Source of the DNA: Escherichia phage vB_EcoM_KAW3E185
Length of the DNA stretch: 64,000 nt
Strand: one strand, 5' to 3'
Sequence record: MK373782.1
A program made the position numbers and the translations under genes. How positions within the stretch are numbered: position 1 is the stretch's first letter; each line of letters opens with the position of its first letter. Positions 63,663 to 64,000 of the stretch are shown here, piece by piece. Under the pieces are notes generated by a model. It ran no database searches. It saw only the letters and a list, made by a program, of their open reading frames with translations, and was not told where the DNA came from.

Positions 63663-63944
63663 CTATTTTTCTGAAGCGCCTGAAATATATTTTTCAAGAC
63701 GTTGTTTCATTAGCGAGCCGTTCTTAGCGATTTCTTCCGGTTTATCGCACATACGTAACAAGGCTTCAAGCTTAGCGATATCGCTGGTACGTTCAAATTT
63801 GCGAGTATCTATCTTACTAGCAAGTTCAGAAATACGTGCTAATAGACTTTCGGCTTCAACCAAAGCTGCACCTAGCTTAGTTGCAAATGTGTCAGTAGCT
63901 TCGTTAAGAATAGATTCTGATAAAAATTCACTATATGTTTTCAT
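63663..63944 (-). CDS. internal-protein-like protein with capsid targeting sequence (about 93 aa)
   Basis: MKTYSEFLSE targeting-sequence-like N-terminus; start chosen at Met6. Confidence 0.5.
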   Translation of the reverse strand: MKTYSEFLSESILNEATDTFATKLGAALVEAESLLARISELASKIDTRKFERTSDIAKLEALLRMCDKPEEIAKNGSLMKQRLEKYISGASEK

Positions 63945-64000
63945 ATATACGCTTTCCAAGTTCCTGTTTTAAATGTTGAGATTACGCGTTTCGCGCGATT

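Noticed and set aside
1-64000. tRNA, rRNA or integrase/transposase genes
   Set aside because: No T-loop/D-loop-like tRNA signatures and no recombinase-like ORFs noticed by eye; T4-type tRNA clusters lie outside this part of the genome. A tRNAscan run would be needed to be certain.

Overview
This window reads as the first 64 kb of a T4-type (Tevenvirinae) myovirus genome, very close to phage RB69: the 903-aa DNA polymerase matches RB69 gp43 as I remember it. It starts exactly at the stop codon of rIIA and runs through the early/replication region to denV and two internal-protein genes. Essentially all genes are on the minus strand, tightly packed with ATGA/TAATG overlaps. Recognisable core genes include rIIA, 39, dexA, dda, modA/modB, soc, 56, 61, sp, dmd, 41, 40, uvsX, 42, 43, regA, 62, 44, 45, 46, 47, 55, nrdG, a split nrdD, 49, nrdC, tk, regB and denV. 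The main departure from T4 is in the DNA-modification loci: no alpha-gt or beta-gt homologue is found; instead there is a 4.4-kb cassette between genes 42 and 43 that looks like a pentose nucleotide-sugar pathway (SIS isomerase, fused nucleotidylyltransferase/kinase, small DxD protein, Cys-rich protein), a GT-B glycosyltransferase next to rIIA.1, and a P-loop kinase plus an unknown 299-aa protein where beta-gt sits in T4. Together these look like a hydroxymethylcytosine pentosylation (probably arabinosylation) system. Other notable items are a perfect 55-bp tandem duplication that frameshifts the gene upstream of dda, a group I intron with a homing endonuclease in nrdD, a second GIY-YIG endonuclease, a GrcA-like glycyl-radical protein, and reiterated early promoters. 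Coordinates of non-ORF features come from reading the sequence by eye and may be off by 1-2 nt; starts marked as 'chosen' were set by codon arithmetic from the ORF track. No tRNA, rRNA or CRISPR array was found.
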